This document shows positions 15,583 through 24,443 of a stretch of 64,000 nt of DNA, piece after piece. The position numbers were made by a program, and so were the translations under genes. Position 1 is the stretch's first letter. Each line of letters starts with the position of its first letter. The DNA comes from Kiritimatiellia bacterium. Lineage in GTDB: Bacteria > Verrucomicrobiota > Kiritimatiellia > UBA8416 > JBFIFS01. The notes under the pieces are model-generated. The model did not search any database. It was given only the letters and a program-made list of their open reading frames with translations, and was not told the origin of the DNA. Location: the NCBI GenBank assembly GCA_041602695.1, contig JBFIFS010000001.1, positions 13,097 to 77,096 on the forward strand. Direction: 5' to 3'.

Positions 15583-17319
15583 TCAAAAGGCGTAAAACAC
15601 GGATGCCGTCGTAACCTCTCTGTCGTACTGATAAAGCGCGAATGAGGAAGTAGAGCGCGTGGACTGATAGTTGATGTCAGCACCAAAGCGGGTTCCAAAC
15701 CGTCGGCTTAGCCCCACGGTTACCTGGCGCTGTGAATCTTCCCTCTGTTCAGGCGAAAGGTCCTCTTTTTCAGCGTAGCTGGTCTTCGTGCTGGACAGCC
15801 TCCCATAGAGAACACAGCCCAACGGAATGACCTGCTCGGCGCCAAGGTTCCATGCGACGCTGTTGTACTCGTAGACTCCAGAATCCGTTCCGTCATGCGA
15901 GAACGCGAGGCCCATAACCACGCTGGCCTTGCCGTCCGGCGCGATCATCTTTACCGCCTGGCCGATTGACGCGTACCAGCCGTCTCGGTCATTGAGCTCC
16001 TTGTAGTCCCTCATCTCGGCGACCGCACTGGTTGTAAGGCTGACCCGTCCTCCGCTGTGCATGCGCCTGTAAACGGGGGCTATGCCTATCATATCCACCA
16101 GCGCTTCTCCTCCGGTATCGATATGCGAGTACCTGACAGGGATCCGAACCAATGAGCTTCCAAATGCTTTCGAGAAGCCGGCTGCACCCATCAGGTACAT
16201 CGTCTCGTAAATCTCCGCATCATCTAGTGTATTATTATAAGCCATAATGTCGGCAAAAGCAAGCCAGCCCCCCTGAGCTCCGACGTCAGAGGTCCCGGAA
16301 AGGCTGAGTGATGCGAACTGCCCTTTTGACTCCGCAGGAAGTGACTCGGAGGTCAGCGATAACTCGTCGATAGAGAGGCTGCCGAATACGATGGGAGCGA
16401 TGCTTATGATCGTGGAGTCCGGCCCGACGTTGACATTACTGTCATCGATGAATCCGACGTCGATACGTCCAGACAACGCTCGTTTCTTGGAGTAACCCTC
16501 CACCTCCCTCAGGTAACGCTCAACGTTGGCCCTCACTTTGCTGTTGAGATCGTGAGCCAAGACTTCCCTGAGGTTTTTGCGGGCGGCCTCGTAAAGGCGG
16601 CTCGCTACCTGGGCCCGGGCAAGCTCAAGGCGCGCCCTGTCATTTGCGGGGTTAACCATCAAAATGCGCTCGAACGCCAGGCGGGCCCTCGGATGGTCCC
16701 CCAGCGCCATGCAGGTCATGCCGTATGCGAAATTAATCTTCTGGTTCTCCGGGTCTGCTGCCAGTAACTCGCTGAGGAGTTTGTAGGATGTCTTCAAGTC
16801 ACCCGACTCGCGCGCTGCCTCGGCCTGACTGTAACGATCGTCAATGACCGGCTCCAGATAGACAGACTTCGTCTGCTTTACGAGAGCGGCAGCAACAGCC
16901 TTTGCGTTCTGTGACATGGCCAGCTGGAGCGGCGTGACACCTTTGTTTGCCTTCACGTCAACCCTCGCCCCCTTGGCTATCAGGAGGGTGGCTATTTCGC
17001 CCGCGTCAAAAAATGCGGCCCAGTGCAGGGGCGTGTAGCCCTCCGAGGTCGCGAGCTCTATGTCAGCTCCGCTTGCCGCCAGCAACTCAACCATCTCCTT
17101 GTTCTTGAGTCCCACGGCAAGATGGAGGGGCGTCGAACCGCCGGATGTCTGTGCGTTCACGGCCAGAGGCTCGGAAGCAAGAATGCGCCTCACGGCGTCG
17201 AAATCCTCATTCTCAACCGCGGTATGGATAGGCGCTGACTGCGCGCGCATGGTGGCCATCGATAATGCAAGCGCCATGGCCCAAAAGCACTGAGTTCTTA
17301 TGATAGTAGAAAAATGCAT
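15583..17319 (-). CDS. Outer-membrane protein: signal peptide, 3 ankyrin repeats, TPR-like region, C-terminal beta-barrel
   Basis: Signal peptide ALALSMATMRA/QS. ANK repeats (GGSTPLHLAV, GYTPLHWAA, GVTPLQLAM). TPR-like helices (residues ~160-280). The last ~290 aa show alternating beta-strand patterning with GFIDDSNVNVGP, and the protein ends in the OMP-typical aromatic terminus VFYAF. Confidence 0.65.
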   Translation of the reverse strand: MHFSTIIRTQCFWAMALALSMATMRAQSAPIHTAVENEDFDAVRRILASEPLAVNAQTSGGSTPLHLAVGLKNKEMVELLAASGADIELATSEGYTPLHWAAFFDAGEIATLLIAKGARVDVKANKGVTPLQLAMSQNAKAVAAALVKQTKSVYLEPVIDDRYSQAEAARESGDLKTSYKLLSELLAADPENQKINFAYGMTCMALGDHPRARLAFERILMVNPANDRARLELARAQVASRLYEAARKNLREVLAHDLNSKVRANVERYLREVEGYSKKRALSGRIDVGFIDDSNVNVGPDSTIISIAPIVFGSLSIDELSLTSESLPAESKGQFASLSLSGTSDVGAQGGWLAFADIMAYNNTLDDAEIYETMYLMGAAGFSKAFGSSLVRIPVRYSHIDTGGEALVDMIGIAPVYRRMHSGGRVSLTTSAVAEMRDYKELNDRDGWYASIGQAVKMIAPDGKASVVMGLAFSHDGTDSGVYEYNSVAWNLGAEQVIPLGCVLYGRLSSTKTSYAEKEDLSPEQREDSQRQVTVGLSRRFGTRFGADINYQSTRSTSSFALYQYDREVTTASVFYAF

Positions 17320-17410
17320 TACGTACCGTGGTTAGGATAAATTACGCCAACCTGCGTGTCAACGCCGCTTGTGCGGACCGACTGTGGCAATTCAGGGTGC
17401 ACATTGAATC

Positions 17411-17439
17411 TTGAACCGTAACCGCGCAAAGCTTAACGT
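17411..17439 (+). promoter_or_regulatory. Possible sigma-70-type promoter (TTGAAC-17-TAACGT) for the glycosyltransferase operon
   Basis: The -35 element is at 17411-17416 and the -10 at 17434-17439. The ATG at 17448 lies only 8 nt downstream and has no Shine-Dalgarno, so the mRNA would be nearly leaderless. The -10 hexamer is weak. Confidence 0.3.
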
Positions 17440-17447
17440 CCTGCCAT

Positions 17448-18563
17448 ATGAGGATTTGCATAGATATTCAGCCAGCCGTAACTCAACGGGCCGGGATCGG
17501 CAGGTACGTGTCAGAGCTTGTGGGACATCTTCCAAAGGAAGACGATTGCAATTTCGACCTTTTTTACTTCGACTTTAAGGGCAGGGCCCGTCCGCCCCGT
17601 GCAGAAAGCTGCACTCTCAAGAGGTACTCTAAGCTCCCCGGGATGCTGGTTCAGCAGGCATGGAAGCGCGTTGGATGGCCGCGCTTCGATTCAATTGCCG
17701 GGGATGCTGACCTCTATCATTTCCCGAATTTTATTATCCCTCCCCTCTCCTCGGGCAAGAAGGCGGTGGTCAGTATTCACGATATCAGCTTCATCCTGCA
17801 TCCAGAGTTTGCGGAAAAGCGAAACCTTGATTACCTGTCCCGCCGGATTAAGGCGACGGTCCAGAGGGCCGATGCTGTGATAACTATTTCTGAGCAGAGC
17901 GCCAGCGACATAAATAAGCACCTGGGCGTGCCGCGTGAAAAACTTTCGCCCATACACCTTGGGGTGTCGCAGAGCTTTCAGCCTGCCCAGGATGAAGACA
18001 TCCTGTCCGCAAAGCAGGCTCTTGGACTGGACAGGCCTTTCATTTTGATGGTCGGCACGTTCGAGCCTCGCAAGAACATCCCGTATGCGGTGGAGCTCTT
18101 CGAAAAGATGTCGTTCTTTGATGGTGACCTCGTTATCGTGGGGCAGAAGGGTTGGAAGAATGAGGCTATCTTTGACGTAATCACCGCGTCTTCGCGCTCC
18201 GCAAGGATTAAAACAATTCAGGCGGTTTCCGACCAACACCTCGTAAGCCTCTATTCAGGGGCCGAATTTCTCCTCATGACGTCCCTCTATGAGGGCTTCG
18301 GCTTTCCCCCTGTCGAGGCAATGGCATGCCATACACCCGTGCTGACTTCGGCAGGAGGATCCCTTGCGGAAATCTGTGGTGACGCCGCTATAGTTATTGA
18401 GGAGTATGACCCGGAGCTGTGGCTTGAAAAGGCTCAGGCCATTCTGCACGATTCCGGGCTGCGAAATGATCTCGTCGCGCGAGGGATTGAGAAGGCTAAG
18501 AACTACACCTGGCAGAAGACTGCCGATGAGCACGTGTCCGCCTACAGGAAGGTCGTGAAGTGA
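17448..18563 (+). CDS. Glycosyltransferase, GT4 (group 1) family
   Basis: GT-B C-terminal signature SLYEGFGFPPVEAMACHTPVLTSAGGSLAEICGDAA. Confidence 0.8.
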   Translation: MRICIDIQPAVTQRAGIGRYVSELVGHLPKEDDCNFDLFYFDFKGRARPPRAESCTLKRYSKLPGMLVQQAWKRVGWPRFDSIAGDADLYHFPNFIIPPLSSGKKAVVSIHDISFILHPEFAEKRNLDYLSRRIKATVQRADAVITISEQSASDINKHLGVPREKLSPIHLGVSQSFQPAQDEDILSAKQALGLDRPFILMVGTFEPRKNIPYAVELFEKMSFFDGDLVIVGQKGWKNEAIFDVITASSRSARIKTIQAVSDQHLVSLYSGAEFLLMTSLYEGFGFPPVEAMACHTPVLTSAGGSLAEICGDAAIVIEEYDPELWLEKAQAILHDSGLRNDLVARGIEKAKNYTWQKTADEHVSAYRKVVK

Positions 18564-19714
18564 AAGTTCTCGTCGATGCCCGATGGATATTTCCCGAAAT
18601 ATCAGGAATAGGACTTTACACAGTGGAGCTTCTTCGCGCCCTGCTGGCGCAGGACCGCGAAAATGACTATGTCGTGCTGTTCAGTGATGCGGGCGTGATG
18701 GAGCGCACCGTGCTTGACCTGGGGCTTGATGAGGCGCGGAACGCGGAAGCGAGCCTCGTGCCCTACGGTGTCTTCTCCATGAAGAGCCAGCTCATGATGC
18801 CTTCCTACATTCGTGGGATCGGCGCGGATATATTCCACTCCACAAACTACATGGTGCCGATGGCGGCGTTTTCTGCGCTGCGCGCCAATAGAACTAAATG
18901 TGTGATTACGATCCACGACCTGATCCCCCTGCTCTTTCCAGATCATGCGCCGAAGGCAAAGAAGACGCGGCTCATGCCCCTCTATAGGTTCGTCATGAGA
19001 CAGGTGGCGGCCCGGGCCGACGCAATCCTGACCGTCAGCGAGAATTCCGCCCATGACATAAGGCGCATGCTTATGTCACGAAACGCGGATCACGCAAAGG
19101 TCGTGTCTGCCTACAACGGGGTTTCGGATGAATACCGCAAGCTCGCATGGGCGCCCGCGCGAAATCCGCGAAAACTGCTCTATGTCGGCAGGCTTGACCC
19201 ATACAAGAATGTCACAGGACTCATGCGCATTTTCAAAGGCGTGCTTGGGCGAACTTCAGAGAAGGTGAAACTGGTCATAGCAGGATCGAAAGATCCGCGC
19301 TATCCCGAAGCAGAAAGGCTTGCTGAAGAGCTTGGCGTCTCAGAGCACGTGGAATGGACCGGCTACGTCACCCCTGAAAAGCTGATTGCACTTTACGCGG
19401 AGGCAAGCGTTTTGGTGCATCCATCCCATTATGAAGGGTTCGGTTTACCGGTAGCGGAGGCAATGGCAGCCGGACTGCCGGTTGTCTGCAGCAGCGGAGG
19501 GTCGTTGTCGGAAGTCGCAGGCAACGCCGCATGCGTGCACGAACACACTGACGAAACGGGGTTTGTTGAGAGTATCTGTTCGATACTTGATTCAGAGTCA
19601 AAGGCGAAAGAGCTCTCGCAGCTTGGCCGCAGCCAGGCCGAGAAGTTTACGTGGGCCAATGCCGCCCGGAAGACGCGCGAGGTGTATGAAATGCTTGCAG
19701 GGGGGAACTCATGA
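18560..19714 (+). CDS. Glycosyltransferase, GT4 (group 1) family
   Basis: SHYEGFGLPVAEAMAAGLPVVCSSGGSLSEVAGNAA. GTGA start/stop overlap with the upstream gene. Confidence 0.8.
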   Translation: MKVLVDARWIFPEISGIGLYTVELLRALLAQDRENDYVVLFSDAGVMERTVLDLGLDEARNAEASLVPYGVFSMKSQLMMPSYIRGIGADIFHSTNYMVPMAAFSALRANRTKCVITIHDLIPLLFPDHAPKAKKTRLMPLYRFVMRQVAARADAILTVSENSAHDIRRMLMSRNADHAKVVSAYNGVSDEYRKLAWAPARNPRKLLYVGRLDPYKNVTGLMRIFKGVLGRTSEKVKLVIAGSKDPRYPEAERLAEELGVSEHVEWTGYVTPEKLIALYAEASVLVHPSHYEGFGLPVAEAMAAGLPVVCSSGGSLSEVAGNAACVHEHTDETGFVESICSILDSESKAKELSQLGRSQAEKFTWANAARKTREVYEMLAGGNS

Positions 19715-20814
19715 GGTACCCAGGCAATCATGGATCCAAGACAGCTTTGCTCTGCCACGACTGGCTTACGGGAATGCGGGGCGGGGAGAAAGTGCTGGAG
19801 ATCCTTTGCGAATGGTTTCCCGAGGCTGATGTCTGCACTCTTATCTGTAACCCTGGATCCATCTCCCAAACGATAAAGCGGCATCACATCCGTACATCTC
19901 GCCTCCAGTCCATGCCTGGCATCTTCGCGAACTACAGATATTACCTCCCCTTCTTTCCGTCAGCCCTCCGCTCCATTCGGGTTCCCCCGGCGGACCTGCT
20001 GATAAGCACAAGCCACTGTGTTGCAAAGGGGCTTCCCAAGCCGCCCTCCTCCCGCCATCTATGCTACTGCTTTACGCCCATGCGCTACGCCTGGCTGTTT
20101 CACGATGAGTATCTCGGGCGCAATCCTTTGAAACGCCTGCTCGCGGCGCCCATCCTGTCATATATGCGAAATTGGGACATGCGCACCGTGCCTAACGTGG
20201 ATATGTTCGTGGCCATAAGCCGCCATGTCGCCGACAGGATCCGACGTTTCTATGGACAGGAGGCGGAAATAGTCTTTCCTCCGGTAGATACGGACCGTTT
20301 CACGCCCGGGGACGAGAGCGCCGATTTTGACCTGATAGTTTCAGCGCTTGTGCCCTACAAGAAGGTCGATCTGGCCGTTGAGGCTTACCGAAATATGGAC
20401 CGGCGGCTAAAGATTGCCGGAACGGGAACCGAGCTCAAGCGCCTGCGTGAGAATGCTCCGTCGAACGTCGAGTTCCTGGAGTGGCAAAGCGATGACCAGA
20501 TTCTCGGGCTTTACAGGGCCTGCAGGCTCCTGGTCTTTCCGGGCGAGGAGGATTTCGGTATTGTGCCCGTAGAGGCCCAATCCTGCGGCAAACCGGTTGT
20601 TGCGTACCGCAAGGGCGGCGCCCTTGAAACGATAGCCGAGGGCGTTTCCGGCGTTTTCTTTGACGAACAGGACCCGTCCTCGCTTGCCCAGGCCGTAGAG
20701 GACTGTGCGGCCAGAAAGTGGGGGTCGGAAGCAATTCGGAATCACGCCCTCTCATTCAGCACGCAGAACTTTGTCAATGGCCTCGCCAGGTGCATTGACA
20801 AGCTGTTGGGCTGA
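19711..20814 (+). CDS. Glycosyltransferase, GT4 (group 1) family
   Basis: N-terminal CHDWLTGMRGGEKVLE and C-terminal EDFGIVPVEAQSCGKPVVAYRKGGALETI. ATGA overlap with the upstream gene. Confidence 0.75.
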   Translation: MRYPGNHGSKTALLCHDWLTGMRGGEKVLEILCEWFPEADVCTLICNPGSISQTIKRHHIRTSRLQSMPGIFANYRYYLPFFPSALRSIRVPPADLLISTSHCVAKGLPKPPSSRHLCYCFTPMRYAWLFHDEYLGRNPLKRLLAAPILSYMRNWDMRTVPNVDMFVAISRHVADRIRRFYGQEAEIVFPPVDTDRFTPGDESADFDLIVSALVPYKKVDLAVEAYRNMDRRLKIAGTGTELKRLRENAPSNVEFLEWQSDDQILGLYRACRLLVFPGEEDFGIVPVEAQSCGKPVVAYRKGGALETIAEGVSGVFFDEQDPSSLAQAVEDCAARKWGSEAIRNHALSFSTQNFVNGLARCIDKLLG

Positions 20815-20859
20815 GCTGACTGCAGCATCTTTTCCGCGAAAAAAACCCCCGACAATGCC

Positions 20860-20888
20860 TTGACAGAAGGCGAAAACTCCAATACTGT
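20860..20888 (+). promoter_or_regulatory. Possible sigma-70-type promoter (TTGACA-17-TACTGT) upstream of rplU
   Basis: Perfect -35 at 20860-20865, a 17-nt spacer, and a TAnnnT-type -10 at 20883-20888, about 40 nt upstream of rplU. Confidence 0.4.
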
Positions 20889-20930
20889 TTCGCGTCTTTT
20901 AGGACTAGTCACCATTATATGGGGATACAA

Positions 20931-21263
20931 ATGGCAGCAAAAACAGAAGAGAAAAAGGGTTACGCAGTCATTGCGACTGGCGGCAAGCAGTACCTCGTCC
21001 GGCAGGGAGACAAGGTCGAGGTTGAACTCCTCGGCGTTGAACCCGGCGCCAAGGTCGAAATCACAAGTGTACTGGCTGTTTCGGATGGAAAGACCCTGAA
21101 AGTCGGTGCTCCCGAAGTTGAGGGAGCAAAGGTCGTCTGCACGGCGGTCGAAAACAAGAAGGCGGACAAGGTTGTTTCTTTTAAGAAGAAGCGCCGCAAA
21201 GGATTCAAAAAGAAAATCGGCCACAGGCAGAACTATACCGTTCTGTCGGTCGAGAAGCTGTAG
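20931..21263 (+). CDS. rplU: 50S ribosomal protein L21
   Basis: YAVIATGGKQYLVRQGDKVEVE... An alternative start at 20919 would add 4 residues. Confidence 0.9.
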   Translation: MAAKTEEKKGYAVIATGGKQYLVRQGDKVEVELLGVEPGAKVEITSVLAVSDGKTLKVGAPEVEGAKVVCTAVENKKADKVVSFKKKRRKGFKKKIGHRQNYTVLSVEKL

Positions 21264-21287
21264 ATTTACGGCGATTGGAGATAAGCC

Positions 21288-21542
21288 ATGGCACATAAGA
21301 AGAGTGGCGGTTCAGCAAAGAACGGTAGAGACAGCAAGTCGAAGAGGCTTGGCGTTAAGCGTTATGCTGGCCAGTATGTTACGGCGGGATCCATTCTCGT
21401 GAGGCAGCGCGGCACGAAAGTCCACCCGGGCGTTAATGTCAAGCGGGGCAAGGACGACACGCTTTTTGCCACCAAGTCAGGCACTGTCCAATTCGATAAG
21501 GACGGCAAGCGCGTCAACGTCGCTGAGACGGCGTCTGCCTGA
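21288..21542 (+). CDS. rpmA: 50S ribosomal protein L27
   Basis: [29 protein letters not shown]... is the canonical L27 N-terminus. Confidence 0.95.
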   Translation: MAHKKSGGSAKNGRDSKSKRLGVKRYAGQYVTAGSILVRQRGTKVHPGVNVKRGKDDTLFATKSGTVQFDKDGKRVNVAETASA

Positions 21543-21565
21543 CATCCGGCAAGCCCCGGAGCAGT

Positions 21566-22576
21566 GTGAAATCCCGAAAATTCATAGACTCAGTCACCAT
21601 ACACGTCAATGCTGGTGACGGGGGGCATGGTGCGGCCACATTCAGGCGGGAAAAGTACATCCCGCGGGGCGGCCCGGACGGAGGCGATGGCGGGCATGGC
21701 GGCGACGTCACCCTGGTAGCTGATCCCGATACCGATTCACTAATAAGCCTGTTCTTCGCTCCGCATCAGCGCGCCGGTCATGCCGGCCATGGAAAGAACA
21801 AGCAGATGCACGGGAAGAATGGCAAGCCGCTTGTGATCAAAGTTCCATGCGGCACGGAGATTTGGGACAAGGACGCCGAGGTCATGCTTGGCGAGGTTGT
21901 AAGACCTGGCGATGAGCTGCTCGTGGCAAAGGGCGGTAAAGGCGGCCTGGGTAATATCCATTTCAAAAGCTCAACAAACAGGGCGCCAACCAAGCGGACC
22001 GAGGGGAAAGAGGGTGAACAGCGAGAGCTGAAACTCGAACTAAAGATCGTTTCCGACCTGGGTTTGGTAGGATTTCCCAACGCTGGAAAGTCGTCGCTTA
22101 TCAGCTGCATAAGCGAAGCGCATCCGAAAGTAGCGGCTTATCCTTTCACCACACTCAACCCGATCATAGGAACCGTGATTTTTGAAGACTATACGTCGAT
22201 ACGGGTCGCTGATATTCCTGGAATAATTAAAGACGCGCACAAGGGCGTGGGCCTCGGTGACGCTTTTCTCAGGCATATTGAACGCTCGCGGGGACTTGTC
22301 TACGTAATTGATCTTTCCGGCATTGACGGGCGCGAGCCCTGGGACGATTACAAGAATCTGCGCGACGAAATTCGCCTGTACAGTCCGGCCCTCGCCGACT
22401 TGCCGCATGTTGTTGTTGCGAACAAGATGGACACACAGGAAGCTCAGGAAAACATCAAAGCATTCCGGAGCAATACAGGGCTGTCGCCTGTGGAGATTTC
22501 CACTGTGTCGGGCGAAGGTATTGAGGACCTTAAGTCCACCCTGAAGGGACTCGCCACAGAGCTGGGGATATTCTGA
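21566..22576 (+). CDS. obg: GTPase Obg/CgtA
   Basis: Obg fold (FIDSVTIHVNAGDGGHGAATFRREKY, GGPDGGDGGHGGDV) followed by a G domain (GFPNAGKSSL, DIPG, NKMD). Conserved rplU-rpmA-obg gene order. Confidence 0.9.
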   Translation: MKSRKFIDSVTIHVNAGDGGHGAATFRREKYIPRGGPDGGDGGHGGDVTLVADPDTDSLISLFFAPHQRAGHAGHGKNKQMHGKNGKPLVIKVPCGTEIWDKDAEVMLGEVVRPGDELLVAKGGKGGLGNIHFKSSTNRAPTKRTEGKEGEQRELKLELKIVSDLGLVGFPNAGKSSLISCISEAHPKVAAYPFTTLNPIIGTVIFEDYTSIRVADIPGIIKDAHKGVGLGDAFLRHIERSRGLVYVIDLSGIDGREPWDDYKNLRDEIRLYSPALADLPHVVVANKMDTQEAQENIKAFRSNTGLSPVEISTVSGEGIEDLKSTLKGLATELGIF

Positions 22577-22595
22577 TGTACCAGCCCCGAGCGTT

Positions 22596-23498
22596 CTAAA
22601 AGTAGCCGGCGATGCCTGTCCTGAAGAACACGGACTTGCTCATTTCGAGCTCCACGCTTGAGGCGTTCCTGCGCTCGAAAACGAGTGAGCGATGGTATGA
22701 CTTGCCGGACTCGACGAAGATTGCCAGGCGGTCGTCCAGCACTCGCTGCACACCAAAAGTGTTTCGGTAGTCCTCCAGCGTCAAGGTCTCGCGGGCATCA
22801 TTTTCGCGGTCACGAAGGTTGTAAGTAACGTTACGCCAGGTGAACTTGCCGTAGAAATTCCAAATCTCATCGGGACGCCACAAGAGCACACTTTCAGGGA
22901 TTCCCAGCTCAACGCGAAAGGAGGGGTCCGGCTCCCATGCCAGGCCCAGTATGGGGAACAGCTCTCTGTCAAATCCCGAGCGATATTCGAACCCTGCGAT
23001 TCCAGACAACTCTGAGCTGAACGTTTTGACCCCCGCGAGCCTGACTGGAAGGAAGAAGGCGTCACTGTCCAGGGTCTCCAGGTCCGAATAAAGGCCGGGA
23101 GCCAGGCCGATCAGAAGGGTCCAGCCATTTCGCATCCTTCTCATCCAGGCCAGATCCAGGGAAACTTGCGAGACATGCTCCGGAAGGTCCAGGCTGGCAG
23201 TCTGCAGGAAGAATGTGCTCCGGAAGTTTAAGTGCGCATCAACGTCACCGCCCAGCGTATCGTTCCAGTAGGCGCAGCCCCAGCTGGCATCGACCTCGAA
23301 AAGCCCGGTATCTGACCCTCCCTGGATATCTGACTCCTCAATATAGGCACCTGCGAGCGTATAGAGAGGCCGCGGCTCCTTGTCGAGAATCTGGCACTTC
23401 GGCCCCCTGCCCCAGCAGATTGAGGCGAAGCAGCAGATTAAAAGCAGAATGAAGATTGAGAAGAGGCTTCTACTTGTCATGATCGTTCCTTTCGGCAT
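22596..23498 (-). CDS. Hypothetical outer-membrane beta-barrel protein
   Basis: Signal peptide (LFSIFILLLICCFASICWG), alternating beta patterning, C-terminal GIAGYF. No family recognised. Confidence 0.45.
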   Translation of the reverse strand: MPKGTIMTSRSLFSIFILLLICCFASICWGRGPKCQILDKEPRPLYTLAGAYIEESDIQGGSDTGLFEVDASWGCAYWNDTLGGDVDAHLNFRSTFFLQTASLDLPEHVSQVSLDLAWMRRMRNGWTLLIGLAPGLYSDLETLDSDAFFLPVRLAGVKTFSSELSGIAGFEYRSGFDRELFPILGLAWEPDPSFRVELGIPESVLLWRPDEIWNFYGKFTWRNVTYNLRDRENDARETLTLEDYRNTFGVQRVLDDRLAIFVESGKSYHRSLVFERRNASSVELEMSKSVFFRTGIAGYF

Positions 23499-23522
23499 CG
23501 CTCAGGTATTGAAGCACACTAA

Positions 23523-24428
23523 TCAACAGGATTCAATTGAAGTATTAGGGCCGGCGTGAATTGACTCTGCTCCTGCGAAGAGCATGGCGAGCCTGTCGAT
23601 CCCAAGTGCAACGCCGGCACAGCCGGGAAGCCCTCGTTTCATTGCTGAAAGAAACTCAAGGTCCTGGGGATACACCACCTTCCCCATGGCCCGGCGCTGC
23701 GCGGCGATCAACTCAAGGCGTGCCTCCTGTTCGCCGGCGTCCGTCAGCTCGCTGTATGCGTTAGCGATTTCGACTCCCCCAATATAAAGTTCCCATCTTT
23801 CCGCGACATCATCCCTTATTCGGGCAAAAGCCGAGGCGCCAGTGGGGAAATCCTTAAGAAACAGGGCGCTCCCCGGCGCCAGGTTAGGCTCGACTTTGTC
23901 AACCAGATCGATGTCAAAACGGTCGGCGTCAAATTCGAGCACGGGGTCCCACCCCGCGTGCTTCCGGAACAGGTCACGAATATCACTGATCTGCCAATCG
24001 CCCGAGATGTCAATACAGCGCCCGTCCCATAACATTTGCTCCGAGCCGAGCACTTTCTTTGCCGCGTACTTTACCAGCTCCATGGTTTCAGCGGCGATCT
24101 GTATGTAATCCAGCCCAACATGGTACCACTCAAGCATCGTGAATTCCGGATTGTGAAGGCGCCCCCTTTCTCCGTCCCTGTAGCACGGGCCAATCTGGAA
24201 TATCCTTTTGGCACCATCGACCAGCATTCTTTTCATGTGAAATTCAGGGGAGGTGCGCAGATACATGTCGCCGTCGCAAACAGCGTCGATGTGCAGTTCC
24301 TGCGCCGGTACCGGGATGCGCACAGGGGTCTCAACTTCTTCGTAACAGCGCGAGGAAAAGAACTGCCTGACGGCGGCTTCGAGCTCGAGGCGGACTTCCT
24401 GGATAGGCTTTTGAGTTTTCAGGTCCAA
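23523..24428 (-). CDS. epmA: EF-P lysine-lysyltransferase EpmA (PoxA/GenX, class II LysRS paralogue)
   Basis: Class II aaRS core without an anticodon domain (YLRTSPEFHMKRML, FQIGPCYRDGERGRLHNPEFTMLEWY). Lies 15 nt downstream of efp. Confidence 0.8.
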   Translation of the reverse strand: MDLKTQKPIQEVRLELEAAVRQFFSSRCYEEVETPVRIPVPAQELHIDAVCDGDMYLRTSPEFHMKRMLVDGAKRIFQIGPCYRDGERGRLHNPEFTMLEWYHVGLDYIQIAAETMELVKYAAKKVLGSEQMLWDGRCIDISGDWQISDIRDLFRKHAGWDPVLEFDADRFDIDLVDKVEPNLAPGSALFLKDFPTGASAFARIRDDVAERWELYIGGVEIANAYSELTDAGEQEARLELIAAQRRAMGKVVYPQDLEFLSAMKRGLPGCAGVALGIDRLAMLFAGAESIHAGPNTSIESC

Positions 24429-24443
24429 GCCTGCAGGTCTCTA

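Noticed and set aside
17385-17401. Sigma-54-like sequence TGGCAATTCAGGGTGCA upstream of the glycosyltransferase operon
   Set aside because: The GG-to-GC spacing is one nucleotide longer than the consensus, and sigma-54 tolerates such changes poorly. A sigma-70-type promoter closer to the ATG explains the region better.
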